Numbered from the stretch's first letter, positions 1 to 10,663 are shown. The stretch: DNA of 64,000 nucleotides from an uncultured Sulfitobacter sp. (GCA_965364195.1 CBDTVN010000001.1:721-64720), one strand, 5' to 3'. Notes: generated by a model from the letters alone, not told the origin. Numbers and translations are program-made.

Positions 1-1
1 G

Positions 2-1999
2 TTCCAGAACCAGAGCCTTGATTACTCCTTCCGTTCGTCCCCCGCCGTGCTGCGAGCAGTGGATCAGACGTTCAACACCCTGCCCGATCCGCGCATGGGA
101 GAGGAAATGACGCATATCGCGTTCAAAGACGCCCTACCCGGCCGTGTGGATATCTGGCCTGTTGTTGAACCGGATAAAACCAAAGAAGAAGAGCCTCACT
201 GGACCGATCCGGTGGACCGAAAAAGCGAACAACACCACACGGTCATTTTGGCGGATCAAATCGCCACGCAAATAAAATATCTCATCGACGGAGAGCATTA
301 CATCCCTGATGAGGCAAAGGACCGCAGCATGGTCCGCCGCCGCATTACTGCCGGTGATTTTCTGATTCTGGTACGGGGGCGCAAGACAGGGCTGTTCTCC
401 GAGATTATTCGCGCCTGTAAGGTTGCGGGATTGCCGATTGCGGGCGCTGACCGGCTCAAGGTTGGTGCAGAACTTGCCGTTCGGGATATTGGCGCGCTTT
501 TGTCTTTTCTTGCGACGCCTGACGATGCGCTCTCGTTGGCAACTGCGCTTCGCTCACCACTGTTTGGTTGGAGTGAACAGGAGCTGTTTACGCTCGCCCA
601 TCACCGACCACTCAAGCAGGACCTGTGGCAAAGTCTCCGCAGTCAGAAAGAGGCTTATCCCGAAACGCTCGCCGTTTTGCGTGATCTTCGGGGCCAAGTT
701 GATTTTCTGCGCCCTTATGATCTGATCGAGCGTATTCTCACCCGCCATGAAGGACGTCGCAATCTGGTCGCACGCATGGGGATGGAGGCCGAAGACGGCA
801 TTGACGCGCTGCTGGGCCAAGCCCTTGCTTATGAGCGGACAGAAGTTCCGAGCCTCACAGGGTTCTTGGAATGGATGCAAGCCGACGATCTAGAGATTAA
901 ACGCCAAATCGACAGCGCCTCTGACCAGATCCGCGTGATGACGGTGCACGGGGCCAAGGGTTTAGAAGCGCCGATTGTGATCCTGCCCGATACCGGGCTG
1001 AAAAAGAACGATGTGAAGAGTGAGATTATCACCCTCAAAGACGCTCCTATCTGGAAACCCAACGCAGCGGAAATGACGCAGAGCATTGCTGCGCAGATTG
1101 ATGTGCTGAAAGAGGCGCAAATGCAGGAAGGTCTGCGGCTGCTCTACGTGGCCATGACCCGCGCAGAAAAATGGCTGATTGTCGCCGCTGCGGGTGATCT
1201 GGGCAAAGAGGGCAGCTGGTACCAGATGGCGGAGGATGCACTGCACCATCTGAATGCGGTGCCGTTCAAGGATGGACCCGCGCATGGCTTGCGTCATGAA
1301 GAAGCAGGCTGGGATGCACTTCCAACAGTTTCCGTACCTCCAAAAACCGTCAGTAAGCCTTTATTAGAGCCTGTTTTCAAAACCATGCCTCCAGCCGCGC
1401 CAGTTCGGCCAGAGGTCGTCTCCCCTTCAGAGTTAGGCGGTGCAAAGGCCCTGCCCGGAGAGGCGGGCATGAATGAAGATGCCGCAAAGTCTTATGGTAC
1501 GCTGGCGCATATGTTGCTGGAACATCTCGCGCAGATTGATCGATCAAACCGCACCAGTGCAGCGGAGCAGCTGTTACGCACGACCGATGCCGATATTGCA
1601 AAAATGGCCCTAGCTGAGGCGCTGGGGGTTCTCGATTCCTCAAAACTCGCCCCGATCTTTGCGCCAAGCACCTTGGCCGAGGTCGCGGTCAGTGCTGATC
1701 TGGGCACAACCCGCCTCTACGGGATTATCGACAGGCTAATCGTTAAGCAGGACCACGTACTGGCCGTTGACTTCAAAACCAACCGTACTGTGCCCGATAC
1801 ACCCGATGCGTGTCCCGAGGGGCTGCTGCGCCAAATGGGCGCTTATGCGCACGCTTTGTCGCTGATTTATCCCAATCACCAGATCGAGACCGCGATACTA
1901 TGGACCCACACCAGTACCCTTATGACATTACCCCACGATACCGTGACTGCTGCGTTGCAGCGCACTGGTCACCTTGACGCAGGCACCGTGTCTTCTTAG
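2..1999 (+). CDS. addA: AddA-type double-strand break repair helicase/nuclease, C-terminal ~665 aa (5' end outside window)
   Basis: The frame is open from nt 2 (FQNQSLDYSFRSSPAVL precedes the first in-frame start at 47). It has UvrD-family C-terminal helicase motifs (IRVMTVHGAKGLEAPIV, LLYVAMTRAEKWL) followed by a RecB/PD-(D/E)xK-like nuclease tail (IIDRLIV..LAVDFKTNR..QMGAYAHAL). Confidence 0.85.
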   Translation, partial: FQNQSLDYSFRSSPAVLRAVDQTFNTLPDPRMGEEMTHIAFKDALPGRVDIWPVVEPDKTKEEEPHWTDPVDRKSEQHHTVILADQIATQIKYLIDGEHYIPDEAKDRSMVRRRITAGDFLILVRGRKTGLFSEIIRACKVAGLPIAGADRLKVGAELAVRDIGALLSFLATPDDALSLATALRSPLFGWSEQELFTLAHHRPLKQDLWQSLRSQKEAYPETLAVLRDLRGQVDFLRPYDLIERILTRHEGRRNLVARMGMEAEDGIDALLGQALAYERTEVPSLTGFLEWMQADDLEIKRQIDSASDQIRVMTVHGAKGLEAPIVILPDTGLKKNDVKSEIITLKDAPIWKPNAAEMTQSIAAQIDVLKEAQMQEGLRLLYVAMTRAEKWLIVAAAGDLGKEGSWYQMAEDALHHLNAVPFKDGPAHGLRHEEAGWDALPTVSVPPKTVSKPLLEPVFKTMPPAAPVRPEVVSPSELGGAKALPGEAGMNEDAAKSYGTLAHMLLEHLAQIDRSNRTSAAEQLLRTTDADIAKMALAEALGVLDSSKLAPIFAPSTLAEVAVSADLGTTRLYGIIDRLIVKQDHVLAVDFKTNRTVPDTPDACPEGLLRQMGAYAHALSLIYPNHQIETAILWTHTSTLMTLPHDTVTAALQRTGHLDAGTVSS

Positions 2000-2032
2000 G
2001 TATCACTCATACCCGAACCCATGGAGAGCTTT

Positions 2033-2353
2033 ATGGCCACCGTTGCAGTAACAGACGACACATTCGACGCCGAAGTGAAAAACTCAGACATCCCCGTAGT
2101 TGTGGATTTCTGGGCGGAATGGTGCGGCCCGTGCAAACAGATCGGCCCATCCCTTGAGGAACTGTCCGCCGAGATGGACGGACAAGTCAAAATCGTCAAA
2201 GTCGACGTAGACAGCAACCCGAACGCCGCCGCCCAAATGGGTGTGCGCGGTATTCCCGCGTTGTTCATCTTCAAAGACGGCGAAGTTGTTTCCAACATGG
2301 CCGGTGCGCGCCCCAAGGCAGCATTGAAAAGCTGGATCGAAGAAGCGATCTAA
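2033..2353 (+). CDS. trxA: Thioredoxin
   Basis: 106 aa from ATG 2033 (an in-frame ATG at 2021 is also possible). WCGPC active site ([12 protein letters not shown]). Confidence 0.95.
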   Translation: MATVAVTDDTFDAEVKNSDIPVVVDFWAEWCGPCKQIGPSLEELSAEMDGQVKIVKVDVDSNPNAAAQMGVRGIPALFIFKDGEVVSNMAGARPKAALKSWIEEAI

Positions 2354-2380
2354 CTCAACTGCCAAATTGATCGACAGTGT

Positions 2381-2415
2381 GCGCGTCAGGTGAAAGCCTG
2401 GCGCGCAATTTCTTT
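2381..2415 (+). terminator. Candidate intrinsic terminator after trxA
   Basis: Inverted repeat GCGCGTCAGG (2381-2390) / CCTGGCGCGC (2397-2406) with one G-U pair and a 6-nt loop, followed by AATTTCTTT. It overlaps the 3' end of the convergent kinase-like gene. Confidence 0.45.
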
Positions 2416-3351
2416 GAGACGCTCCAACCTCAACATGCTTTTTAGCGTTGTCTTATCCTGCATCCTGTTCCAATCAGTCAGAACCTGAACCTTGCTAAGA
2501 AAAATGACGGTTGGATCATCGGGTCCGACCAGATCGTACCCAGAGAAAAACGCATCCCACGCGCGCTGCGGCACGGCGAACCCTTTTGAGAGGTCGTCAA
2601 TATCTCCGACCATCTGCGTGTAACTTTGCAAGAACCGCGCGATATCGTAGGCGACGGGCGCATTGTCCGCCCCCAGAAAATCAAAAGCTGCTGTCGCGCG
2701 GTCGGATATAAGGATGTTGTGCGCGTTCAAGTCGCCGTGTTTTGCCGCAATCGTACCGATATGGCCTTCTGCATCACTCGCGAATTCACCAATACGATCG
2801 GCGAAGGCGACAAACTGGCTTTGGCCGCTGATACGCCGTTCCCCTGCCCGCATCTGACCGGCCAGTTTGTGCATGTGCCGCACCATAAAACGCGGCTGAA
2901 ATGGGCGCTTTTGCTGAACGGTGCCTCCGTGAAACGCAGCCAGCCAAGACCCTGCTTTGCGCAGAAGAGTCGCGTGGTCAGTCTGGTATCGGCATAGCTC
3001 CAGAAATGTGTCACCAGCGATGTATTGCATCAGGTAGGCCTGCGCACTGCGGTCCTCAGCCAGTATCTCGGGAACGGTGTTGATTTCCGACCATTGCAAC
3101 GCCGCCTGCGCACCATGATGGGCATCGAGTATCCGCGCGAAGGCATCCGTATCAACCGGACGTTGGGCAAATTTCAGAACCACAGACGGCGCACCAGATT
3201 TGTCGTAACGCTGTACGATGTGCAGCCTGTTTCGGTCATCCTTAATCCACTCGGCACAGCACCTGTAGTCCTTCACCACCAGATCAGCCTGCGCGCCAAG
3301 ATCGCAAAACAGCCGATGCGCCTCCGTTTTCAGGCTCTTTATCTGAGGCAA
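2386..3351 (-). CDS. Phosphotransferase/kinase-fold protein (aminoglycoside phosphotransferase / choline kinase family)
   Basis: 321-aa ORF with catalytic loop [11 protein letters not shown] and a downstream FDFLGAD (DFG-like) motif. Confidence 0.75.
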   Translation of the reverse strand: MPQIKSLKTEAHRLFCDLGAQADLVVKDYRCCAEWIKDDRNRLHIVQRYDKSGAPSVVLKFAQRPVDTDAFARILDAHHGAQAALQWSEINTVPEILAEDRSAQAYLMQYIAGDTFLELCRYQTDHATLLRKAGSWLAAFHGGTVQQKRPFQPRFMVRHMHKLAGQMRAGERRISGQSQFVAFADRIGEFASDAEGHIGTIAAKHGDLNAHNILISDRATAAFDFLGADNAPVAYDIARFLQSYTQMVGDIDDLSKGFAVPQRAWDAFFSGYDLVGPDDPTVIFLSKVQVLTDWNRMQDKTTLKSMLRLERLKEIARQAFT

Positions 3352-3374
3352 TTGATATCCTTTCTGGTAATGGC

Positions 3375-3403
3375 CTTGCTAAACACCAGCAGGGTTTTCA
3401 TAT
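3375..3403 (+). promoter_or_regulatory. Candidate sigma32 (RpoH)-type heat-shock promoter of hslVU
   Basis: CTTGCTA (3375-3381), a 14-nt spacer, then TTTCATAT (3396-3403), compared with the consensus CTTGAAA-N13/14-CCCCATNT. It lies 23 nt upstream of the hslV ATG. Confidence 0.4.
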
Positions 3404-3425
3404 AGGATTCAACTATGGAGGCTTT

Positions 3426-3983
3426 ATGGCAACGCAAGAATTTCCCGGCTGGCACGGTACAACGATCATTGGTGTAAAGAAAGATGGCGAGGTTGTGATC
3501 GCAGGCGACGGGCAGGTCAGCCTTGGTCAGACCGTGATCAAAGGCACCGCGCGCAAGGTGCGCAGGCTCTCACCCGGCGGATATGATGTTGTGGTAGGCT
3601 TTGCCGGCTCAACAGCTGATGCATTCACGCTGCTGGAAAGGTTGGAGACTAAGCTCGAAGCTACGCCTGGTCAGTTACAGCGCGCGAGTGTTGATTTGGC
3701 AAAGGACTGGCGCACGGACAAATACCTGCAAAAGCTGGAAGCAATGTTGATTGTGACCGACGGGACCGAGCTCCTGATCATCACCGGAGCGGGTGATGTG
3801 CTGGAGCCCGAGCATGACATTGCGGCGATTGGCTCCGGCGGTAACTTTGCCCTCGCCGCCGCCCGTGGCCTGATCGACAGTGACCGTGATGCTGAAGCTG
3901 TGGCCCGTGATGCCATGAAGATCGCCTCCGAAATTTGCGTTTATACCAACGGCAATCTGACCGTGGAGAAAATCAAAGCATGA
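3426..3983 (+). CDS. hslV: ATP-dependent protease subunit HslV
   Basis: 185 aa with the N-terminal Thr protease signature [25 protein letters not shown] and [14 protein letters not shown]. Confidence 0.95.
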   Translation: MATQEFPGWHGTTIIGVKKDGEVVIAGDGQVSLGQTVIKGTARKVRRLSPGGYDVVVGFAGSTADAFTLLERLETKLEATPGQLQRASVDLAKDWRTDKYLQKLEAMLIVTDGTELLIITGAGDVLEPEHDIAAIGSGGNFALAAARGLIDSDRDAEAVARDAMKIASEICVYTNGNLTVEKIKA

Positions 3984-5284
3984 CCGACCTGACCCCCCGC
4001 GAGATCGTATCCGAGCTGGACCGCTTTATCATCGGCCAGAATGACGCCAAGCGTGCCGTGGCCGTAGCCCTGCGCAACCGTTGGCGGTGTCGCAACCTGC
4101 CCGATGATATCCGCGCCGAAGTGTATCCCAAGAATATTCTGATGATCGGACCCACAGGCGTAGGCAAGACCGAGATCAGCCGCCGTCTGGCCAAGCTTGC
4201 GCGCGCGCCCTTCCTCAAGGTTGAAGCGACGAAGTTTACCGAAGTCGGCTATGTCGGCCGAGATGTGGAACAGATCATTCGCGACCTGCTGGATGCCGCG
4301 ATAGCGATGACGCGAGAGCATATGCGTGAGGACGTAAAGACAAAAGCACAGAACGCTGCCGAAGAGCGTGTGATTGATGCCATCGCAGGGCCGGACGCAC
4401 GCGAAGGCACGCGCACTATGTTCCGCAAGAAGCTACATGATGGGCAGCTTGATGAGACGATGATCGAGCTTGAGGTTGCGGATACGTCCAATCCGTTCTC
4501 GGCGATGGAGATACCCGGCCAGCCGCAAGGTGGTGGCATGATGAACATCGGCGATTTGTTTGGCAAAGCCATGGGCGGACGCACGACGAAAAAGCGTCTT
4601 ACCGTGCGCGACAGCTATGAAATCTTGATTGGCGAAGAGGCCGACAAGCTGTTGGATGATGAAACTGTCACACGCGCCGCGATTGAAGCCGTCGAGCAGA
4701 ATGGGATCGTATTCCTTGACGAGATTGATAAGGTCTGCACCCGCGCCGATGCCCGTGGGGGTGATGTATCGCGTGAGGGCGTGCAGCGTGATTTGCTGCC
4801 CCTGATCGAGGGAACCACGGTGAGCACCAAACATGGTCCGGTGAAAACCGACCATGTATTGTTCATCGCATCGGGTGCGTTTCATATCGCTAAACCGTCA
4901 GATTTGCTGCCCGAATTGCAGGGCCGCCTACCGATCCGTGTCGAACTGCGCGCACTGACGGAAGAGGATTTTGTGCGCATCCTGACCGAAACCGACAATG
5001 CACTAACGCTGCAATATACCGCACTGATGGGAACCGAAGAGGTCGAAGTGAGCTTTACCGCTGAGGGGATCGCCGCGCTGGCCAAGATTGCGGCAGATGT
5101 GAACCAATCGGTTGAGAATATCGGTGCGCGGCGCCTCTACACCGTGATGGAGCGGGTGTTTGAGGAGTTAAGCTTTACCGCACCAGACCGCGCAGGGGAG
5201 AAGATTGTGGTCGATGCCGCCTTTGTGGATGCCAATCTGGGCGAGCTGGTGAAATCCACCGATCTGAGCCGCTACGTGCTTTAA
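3980..5284 (+). CDS. hslU: ATP-dependent protease ATPase subunit HslU
   Basis: ATG 3980 overlaps the hslV stop (ATGA). Walker [13 protein letters not shown], Walker [10 protein letters not shown]. The ORF-track start at 3935 lies inside hslV and was rejected. Confidence 0.95.
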   Translation: MTDLTPREIVSELDRFIIGQNDAKRAVAVALRNRWRCRNLPDDIRAEVYPKNILMIGPTGVGKTEISRRLAKLARAPFLKVEATKFTEVGYVGRDVEQIIRDLLDAAIAMTREHMREDVKTKAQNAAEERVIDAIAGPDAREGTRTMFRKKLHDGQLDETMIELEVADTSNPFSAMEIPGQPQGGGMMNIGDLFGKAMGGRTTKKRLTVRDSYEILIGEEADKLLDDETVTRAAIEAVEQNGIVFLDEIDKVCTRADARGGDVSREGVQRDLLPLIEGTTVSTKHGPVKTDHVLFIASGAFHIAKPSDLLPELQGRLPIRVELRALTEEDFVRILTETDNALTLQYTALMGTEEVEVSFTAEGIAALAKIAADVNQSVENIGARRLYTVMERVFEELSFTAPDRAGEKIVVDAAFVDANLGELVKSTDLSRYVL

Positions 5285-5299
5285 CCCCTTCCCATTCTC

Positions 5300-6547
5300 A
5301 TGCGTCCACGTAATCAAGGGCGCATGAGCTATTTCCGCTTCCTCATCGATAACCGGCTGTTCCTGCTTGCGGGATTTCTGCTGACGTTAACCTCATCCTT
5401 TGGGCAGACCTATTTCATCTCGCTTTTTGCGGGTGAGATTAAAGGCTCATTTGGCCTCAGCGATGGCGGTTGGGGCGGCGTCTATACCATTGGCACCACG
5501 CTGTCCGCGATCACAATGATCTGGGCGGGCGCGCTGACGGACCGTTTCCGTGTGCGGCAATTATCTCTCGGAGTGATGGTGCTACTGGCGCTCGCTTGCG
5601 TGGCGATGTCGCTGGTGCCGAACGGGTTCCTGCTCGTTTTTGTGATCTATGCGCTGCGCCTGATGGGGCAAGGAATGCTTTCGCAACTGGGTGCCGTGGC
5701 CATGTCGCGCTGGTTTATTGCAACACGCGGGCGCGCACTTTCGATTTCTTCTATGGGATTCGCTGTGGGGCAGGCGATGCTGCCCGTTGTTTTTGTAGCA
5801 CTGCTGGCGACTGTGGATTGGCGCAATTTGTGGCTGGTGGCCGCGCTTTGTATTGTGGTGCTGATCCCTGTGATGCAGATTCTCTTGCGGCAGGAACGTA
5901 CGCCGCAATCCATGGCGGACGATTCACAAAGCCTCGGGATGGGCGGACGGCACTGGACACGGAATGAGATGCTGCGCCATCCGTTGTTCTATATCCTGAT
6001 CCCTCTGGTGCTTGGGCCTTCCGCATGGGGAACGGCGCTGTTCTTCCAACAGGTGCATCTAACGGAGGTAAAGGGCTGGAGCCTTGTCTCCTTTGTCGCA
6101 CTTATGCCGATCTATACGGTCGCGAGCATTTCGTTCACCTTCATCACAGGCTGGGCCGTTGACCGTATTGGTGTGAAGTGGATTGTACCATTTCAGATGG
6201 TGCCATTTGGCATATCGTTTCTGGTTTTGGCGTACGCAGATACGATCTTCATGGCCGGAGTAGGCCTTGTGATTTTTGGCGTAGGGCAGGGCACACAAGG
6301 CACGGCAACCTCTGCGTTTTGGGCCGTGTTTTATGGCACAAAAAACCTCGGTGCGATCAAAGCGGCGGCGGCGGCGTTGATGGTGTTTGGCTCAGCCATC
6401 GGGCCGGGGATAACGGGCGCTTTCATCGACTTCGGTGTGGATTTCCCTGACCAGATGATCCCGATTGCGGTGTTCTATTTCTGTGGGGCGCTGTTCGCCG
6501 GTTTGGGCATCCTACGCTACCAGCGAGACCTACCTGTGACGGCGTAG
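5300..6547 (+). CDS. MFS-type membrane transporter
   Basis: 415 aa with about 12 hydrophobic segments and an MFS-like TM2-TM3 loop (GALTDRFRVRQ). The start could be 5300 or 5324. Confidence 0.75.
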   Translation: MRPRNQGRMSYFRFLIDNRLFLLAGFLLTLTSSFGQTYFISLFAGEIKGSFGLSDGGWGGVYTIGTTLSAITMIWAGALTDRFRVRQLSLGVMVLLALACVAMSLVPNGFLLVFVIYALRLMGQGMLSQLGAVAMSRWFIATRGRALSISSMGFAVGQAMLPVVFVALLATVDWRNLWLVAALCIVVLIPVMQILLRQERTPQSMADDSQSLGMGGRHWTRNEMLRHPLFYILIPLVLGPSAWGTALFFQQVHLTEVKGWSLVSFVALMPIYTVASISFTFITGWAVDRIGVKWIVPFQMVPFGISFLVLAYADTIFMAGVGLVIFGVGQGTQGTATSAFWAVFYGTKNLGAIKAAAAALMVFGSAIGPGITGAFIDFGVDFPDQMIPIAVFYFCGALFAGLGILRYQRDLPVTA

Positions 6548-7123
6548 ATAGACGTAATACGCACCACCACCCCCGTGGCTGACATGTGCCTGCGCAATTT
6601 GCAGAACGACTGATTTCATCGGCTGCATGGTAAGCCATTGTGGTACCTGATGACGCAACACGCCATGGCGTACGGGGATCGGGCCACCCTCATCGCGTTG
6701 CTTCCCTTTGCCTGTCACAACCAAAATTAACCGCTTTCCCTGCGCGTGGGCGTTCATGACAAAACCCGTCAGCAAAGGATGCGCACGGTCAAGCGTCATA
6801 CCGTGCAGATCGATCTTTCCTTCTGGCCGCATCTTTCCGCGTTTGAGCTTTCCGAAAGACTTGTTGTCCATTTGCACGGGAGCCTGCCGAATATGATCAT
6901 GAATAGCAGGAGCGAGATTGTGCGTTGGACCGCGTGAGGGGCCGACAGGTTTACCAAGGATGACCGATTTTGCTTTGCGCAAGTTGCGGGGTGCGGGTGC
7001 GGGCAGGCTCACATCAGGGTCGAACCGCTCCACTTCAAGGTTGCTGCGCTCCATCCTCTCAGTGTTGGCACGTACACGATCCCACAGTTCCCGATCCTCA
7101 GCGGTTAGGCGACGCCGTTTCAA
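6530..7123 (-). CDS. Smr/MutS2-like domain protein
   Basis: 197 aa with a C-terminal Smr domain (KIDLHGMTLDRAH..KRLILVVTGKG). The stop overlaps the 3' end of the convergent MFS gene. Confidence 0.75.
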   Translation of the reverse strand: MKRRRLTAEDRELWDRVRANTERMERSNLEVERFDPDVSLPAPAPRNLRKAKSVILGKPVGPSRGPTHNLAPAIHDHIRQAPVQMDNKSFGKLKRGKMRPEGKIDLHGMTLDRAHPLLTGFVMNAHAQGKRLILVVTGKGKQRDEGGPIPVRHGVLRHQVPQWLTMQPMKSVVLQIAQAHVSHGGGGAYYVYLRRHR

Positions 7124-8181
7124 ATGGCGCTTTCAGGGAGCAGAGCATAAGCACGCTGGATCGGCATCAACACAATCAAGCGACCCGGATCACGCAGTGT
7201 GCCCGCCTGACGCCCTGCCTCATCACCTGTGCCAAAAAATACATCGGCGCGCTGGGCGCCTTTGATCGCTGACCCAGTATCTTGGGCAATCATCAAGCGG
7301 CGCAACGGAGATTTACCATCCTTCTCGATCCACACGGGGGAGCCTAAGCGCACAAAAGATGGGTCAATCGCCACCGTTCGCATGGTGGTGATAGAACGGT
7401 TCATCGCGCCAAGCGGTCCTTTATCGCTGGGGACACCACTTACCTCACGAAAGAAGACATATGAGGGGTTATGATAAAGGAGCTCCTGCCCCTCGACGGG
7501 ATTTCGCCGAACCCAGTTCTTGATCACTTGCGCGCTCACTTGATGCGCTTGGTAGACGCCGCGACGGACCAATTCCTGACCGATCGAGCGGTAGTTATGA
7601 CCATTGGAGCCGCGATAGCCCACGCGCACATAACTTCCGTTCGGCAGGCGGATACGACCTGATCCCTGGATTTGAAGAAAGAAAAGCTCCACCGGATCAT
7701 CAACATAGGCAATCGCCAGACCCTGCCCCTCCATCACGCCGCTCTCAAGGATATCACGGCGGGTCAGCCATGGACGGTTCTCCCGTGCTTCGGCGGGCAT
7801 TTTATAGACGGGAAAGCGGTAGCGGGCCGTTCGGGTGAGTGAGCCCTCGAGTTCGGGCTCGAAATATCCGGTAAACAGCGCCTCTTTTCCATCGTCCATA
7901 AGGACAGGGCGGAACAGAAGTTCAAAGAAATCGCGCGGATTGGGACGCGATTGTGCATAAGCACAGATCGCATTCCAATCAGGGTCTTTCATATCCTTAC
8001 AGGTATTCAGAAACGTCTCGAAAGCGGCGGCATGATCGTCCTCCGCCCAACCTTCCAGTTGGTCAAACGACAACACATCGTATTTCACCTCAGACGCCAA
8101 AGGCCCCGCCAACAGCGAGGCCCCGATCACGGCACTGATGCGAAGCGCGCATGTTACCCGTCTGTAGAAACCAAGAACCAA
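7120..8181 (-). CDS. mltA: Membrane-bound lytic murein transglycosylase A
   Basis: 353 aa with a signal peptide (ISAVIGASLLAGPLA). MltA-family sequence (TGYFEPELEGS) and a 3D domain (IAQDTGSAIKGAQRADVFFG). The TTG start at 8181 is uncertain. Confidence 0.85.
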   Translation of the reverse strand: MVLGFYRRVTCALRISAVIGASLLAGPLASEVKYDVLSFDQLEGWAEDDHAAAFETFLNTCKDMKDPDWNAICAYAQSRPNPRDFFELLFRPVLMDDGKEALFTGYFEPELEGSLTRTARYRFPVYKMPAEARENRPWLTRRDILESGVMEGQGLAIAYVDDPVELFFLQIQGSGRIRLPNGSYVRVGYRGSNGHNYRSIGQELVRRGVYQAHQVSAQVIKNWVRRNPVEGQELLYHNPSYVFFREVSGVPSDKGPLGAMNRSITTMRTVAIDPSFVRLGSPVWIEKDGKSPLRRLMIAQDTGSAIKGAQRADVFFGTGDEAGRQAGTLRDPGRLIVLMPIQRAYALLPESAI

Positions 8182-8810
8182 TTCGGATCATCCGAGCCCA
8201 TGTGGCGGGCAAATACCCACGTGTCTTTTTGCTTTTTAGCATCAGTGATGCTGCCTTCGACAATCTCGCCTTCCGCGTTACGGACAGCCTGCGTCAATTC
8301 CGCCACAAATTTCAGCGTCATCTCCGCCTCTTTTGTGTCGGGGTCGAGAGTGACATTCTCAACGTTCATCTCACGCACACCGATGAAGTTGGCCTCGATC
8401 GTCAGCCCCTGATCTTCGCGCGCGGCAACACCGTCGACAAAGCTCTCGTAAATATCCTCGGACAGGAACGACTTGATATCATCAAGTTCGCCCCGCTCGT
8501 ACCCCATGATAATCATCTCATAGGCACCACGTGCGCCCGCGATAAAATCCGTCACGTTGAAGGAGGGCTCGATACGCTTCATCTCGGCCAAGGCCCGGGC
8601 CTGCGCCGTTCCTTCGTCAAAATGATCAGTAATATCGAGATCAGGACCACCTTCGATTACTTCAAAGGCAGGACCACTGCGTTTTTCCTGTGGGGTGGGA
8701 AGAGGTGGCTTCTCAAAGCCCTCTCGCGTGCCAAGCACGTTCTTAAGCCGCAGGATGAGAAAAACCGCGATTGCGGCAAGCACCAGAAGCTGGATAAGCG
8801 GCGAATTCAT
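8154..8810 (-). CDS. Tim44-like domain membrane protein
   Basis: 218 aa with an N-terminal TM segment (LIQLLVLAAIAVFLILRL) and a Tim44-like C-terminal domain. The secB / fxsA / tim44-like / mltA / smr neighbourhood is typical of alphaproteobacteria. Confidence 0.75.
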   Translation of the reverse strand: MNSPLIQLLVLAAIAVFLILRLKNVLGTREGFEKPPLPTPQEKRSGPAFEVIEGGPDLDITDHFDEGTAQARALAEMKRIEPSFNVTDFIAGARGAYEMIIMGYERGELDDIKSFLSEDIYESFVDGVAAREDQGLTIEANFIGVREMNVENVTLDPDTKEAEMTLKFVAELTQAVRNAEGEIVEGSITDAKKQKDTWVFARHMGSDDPNWFLVSTDG

Positions 8811-8914
8811 ATGGACCTCTTAGGGACTAGGCGTGGAAACAATGCTCTGAGCACCTTATGTAGGTGCGAAGGGGCCCCAAGTCCACTCTAGCCCCGATGA
8901 AAGGAAGCAATAAC

Positions 8915-9403
8915 ATGTGGCTTTTAGTCGTATTCATCGCCGTTCCGATGATTGAGATCGCGCTATTCATTCAAGTTGGCGGCTTTATCGGCCTCTGGCC
9001 CACTCTGTTGATCGTCATTTTGACAGCCCTTGCGGGGACATATCTGGTACGTAGTCAGGGGCGATTGGCGCTGAGCCAGCTTCAAAGCTCGTTCAGTGAC
9101 CTACGCGACCCGACAGAGCCGCTGGTGCATGGCGCGATGATCCTGTTTTCAGGCGCGCTTTTGCTCACGCCGGGGTTTTTCACCGATGCGGTTGGATTTG
9201 CGCTACTGATCCCCGCGTTTCGCACAGCCGTATTCAAGGCGATCCGCGCCCGAATCAACATCCAGAGTTTTGGAACGCCCGGCGCTGGGCGGCAACATCC
9301 GCAACATACGCCTCATGGCAGCAATGATGTGATTGACGGCGAATTTACGGAATTGCCGGATGATGACGCGCCAAAAGGAAATTCTGGCTGGACCAAAAAC
9401 TGA
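8915..9403 (+). CDS. fxsA: FxsA family membrane protein
   Basis: Starts at MWLLVVFIAVPMIEIALFIQVGG, the typical FxsA N-terminus. The ORF-track start at 8864 is probably too far upstream. Confidence 0.8.
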   Translation: MWLLVVFIAVPMIEIALFIQVGGFIGLWPTLLIVILTALAGTYLVRSQGRLALSQLQSSFSDLRDPTEPLVHGAMILFSGALLLTPGFFTDAVGFALLIPAFRTAVFKAIRARINIQSFGTPGAGRQHPQHTPHGSNDVIDGEFTELPDDDAPKGNSGWTKN

Positions 9404-9487
9404 GTACCAAAACTAAGCGATTGAGCGATTTGACCTGACCTGATAAGTCAGCCGGAGTAATTTAACCTCCAAAGAGGAGCGCCTGAT

Positions 9488-9970
9488 ATGGCCGAGGCCG
9501 AAGCAACACCACCAGCAGCCCCAAAACTACGTGTCTTGGGCCAATTTATCCGTGATCTTTCGTTTGAAAACATCATGGCCCAAAAAGGTGCACCGAGCGA
9601 TGTGCAACCCGATGTACAGGTTCAGGTGAACCTTGATGCGAAAAAGCGCACCGCCGACAATCAGTTTGAAACTGCAATCAAACTGAACGTGACATCGAAA
9701 GCCAAGGGCGCTGATACAACGCTATTCGCGCTGGAAATCGACTATGTCGGCATTTTTGACATTCAGGACGTGGCCGAAGACCAGCTGCATCCGTTCCTGC
9801 TCATCGAGTGCCCGCGCATGATCTTCCCGTTCCTGCGCCGCATCGTGAGCGATATCACGCGCGACGGTGGCTTCCCGCCGCTGAACCTTGAGAACATCGA
9901 TTTTGTTGCATTGTACCGTGGCGAGATCGAACGCCGTCAAGCAGAAGTCGTAGCATCCGCTGACGCGTAA
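9488..9970 (+). CDS. secB: Protein-export chaperone SecB
   Basis: 160 aa with SecB-family sequence (QFIRDLSFENI, LLIECPRMIFPFLRRIVSD). GGAG lies 9 nt upstream of the ATG. Confidence 0.9.
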   Translation: MAEAEATPPAAPKLRVLGQFIRDLSFENIMAQKGAPSDVQPDVQVQVNLDAKKRTADNQFETAIKLNVTSKAKGADTTLFALEIDYVGIFDIQDVAEDQLHPFLLIECPRMIFPFLRRIVSDITRDGGFPPLNLENIDFVALYRGEIERRQAEVVASADA

Positions 9971-9976
9971 AACTGT

Positions 9977-10663
9977 CTAGCTTTTTAGCCAGACAGCATC
10001 GCCGCCCAATGTGCCGACAAACTCGGCGTGGGCGGCGTTTTCTTTTTCAGTGAGGCGTGTCGGCAGCGGTGTTGGCCGTGGGCGTGGCATCCATTCAGTG
10101 CTGGCCTCGCCTGCTTTCGGCTCTGCACGGGTGGAGAGGCCGAAGTCAGGCTGTTTGCCACCAATAAGCTCCAAATAAACCTCAGCCAGAATTTCACTGT
10201 CAAGCAGAGCGCCGTGAAGTGTGCGCGCACCATTATCAATACCAAAGCGGCGGCACAGTGCGTCGAGGGATGAGGGCGAGCCGGGGAATTTCTTGCGCGC
10301 TATCGCGAGGGTATCCACCGCTTGCTCCCATGGGAGCTGGCGCAGGCCCATTTTGCCCAGCTCGAAATTCAGAAATTTCATATCAAAAGAAGCGTTGTGA
10401 ATGATCATCTTGCTGTCGCCAACAAAGTCCAGAAATGCCTGCCCCACTGCCGCAAATTTTGGCTTACCGCGCAGGAAATCATCGCCAAGGCCATGCACTT
10501 CAAACGCCTCTTGCGGCATGCCACGTTCAGGGTTGATGTATTCGTGAAAGGTTTGGCCTGTAGCGACATGACCCATCAGCTCAACCGCGCCAATCTCGAC
10601 GATCCGGTCGCCTGTTTTGGGGTCAAAACCTGTGGTTTCGGTATCGAGGACGATCTCACGCAT
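9977..10663 (-). CDS. dnaQ: DNA polymerase III epsilon (proofreading exonuclease) subunit
   Basis: Exo motifs VLDTETTGF, IIHNASFDMKFL and HGALLDSEILAEVY. I chose the internal ATG at 10663 (MREIVLDTETTG), which overlaps the coaE stop by 8 nt. Confidence 0.9.
   Translation of the reverse strand: MREIVLDTETTGFDPKTGDRIVEIGAVELMGHVATGQTFHEYINPERGMPQEAFEVHGLGDDFLRGKPKFAAVGQAFLDFVGDSKMIIHNASFDMKFLNFELGKMGLRQLPWEQAVDTLAIARKKFPGSPSSLDALCRRFGIDNGARTLHGALLDSEILAEVYLELIGGKQPDFGLSTRAEPKAGEASTEWMPRPRPTPLPTRLTEKENAAHAEFVGTLGGDAVWLKS

Noticed and set aside
8151-8891. 246-aa plus-strand ORF
   Set aside because: It is antisense to the Tim44-like gene and runs through the intergenic region into the fxsA upstream region. 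It has no motif, and the real fxsA N-terminus starts at 8915.
9404-9487. Short tandem duplications (GCGATT GAGCGATT TGACC TGACC TGA) between fxsA and secB
   Set aside because: The units are too short and irregular to call a repeat element, and they probably belong to the secB promoter or leader.
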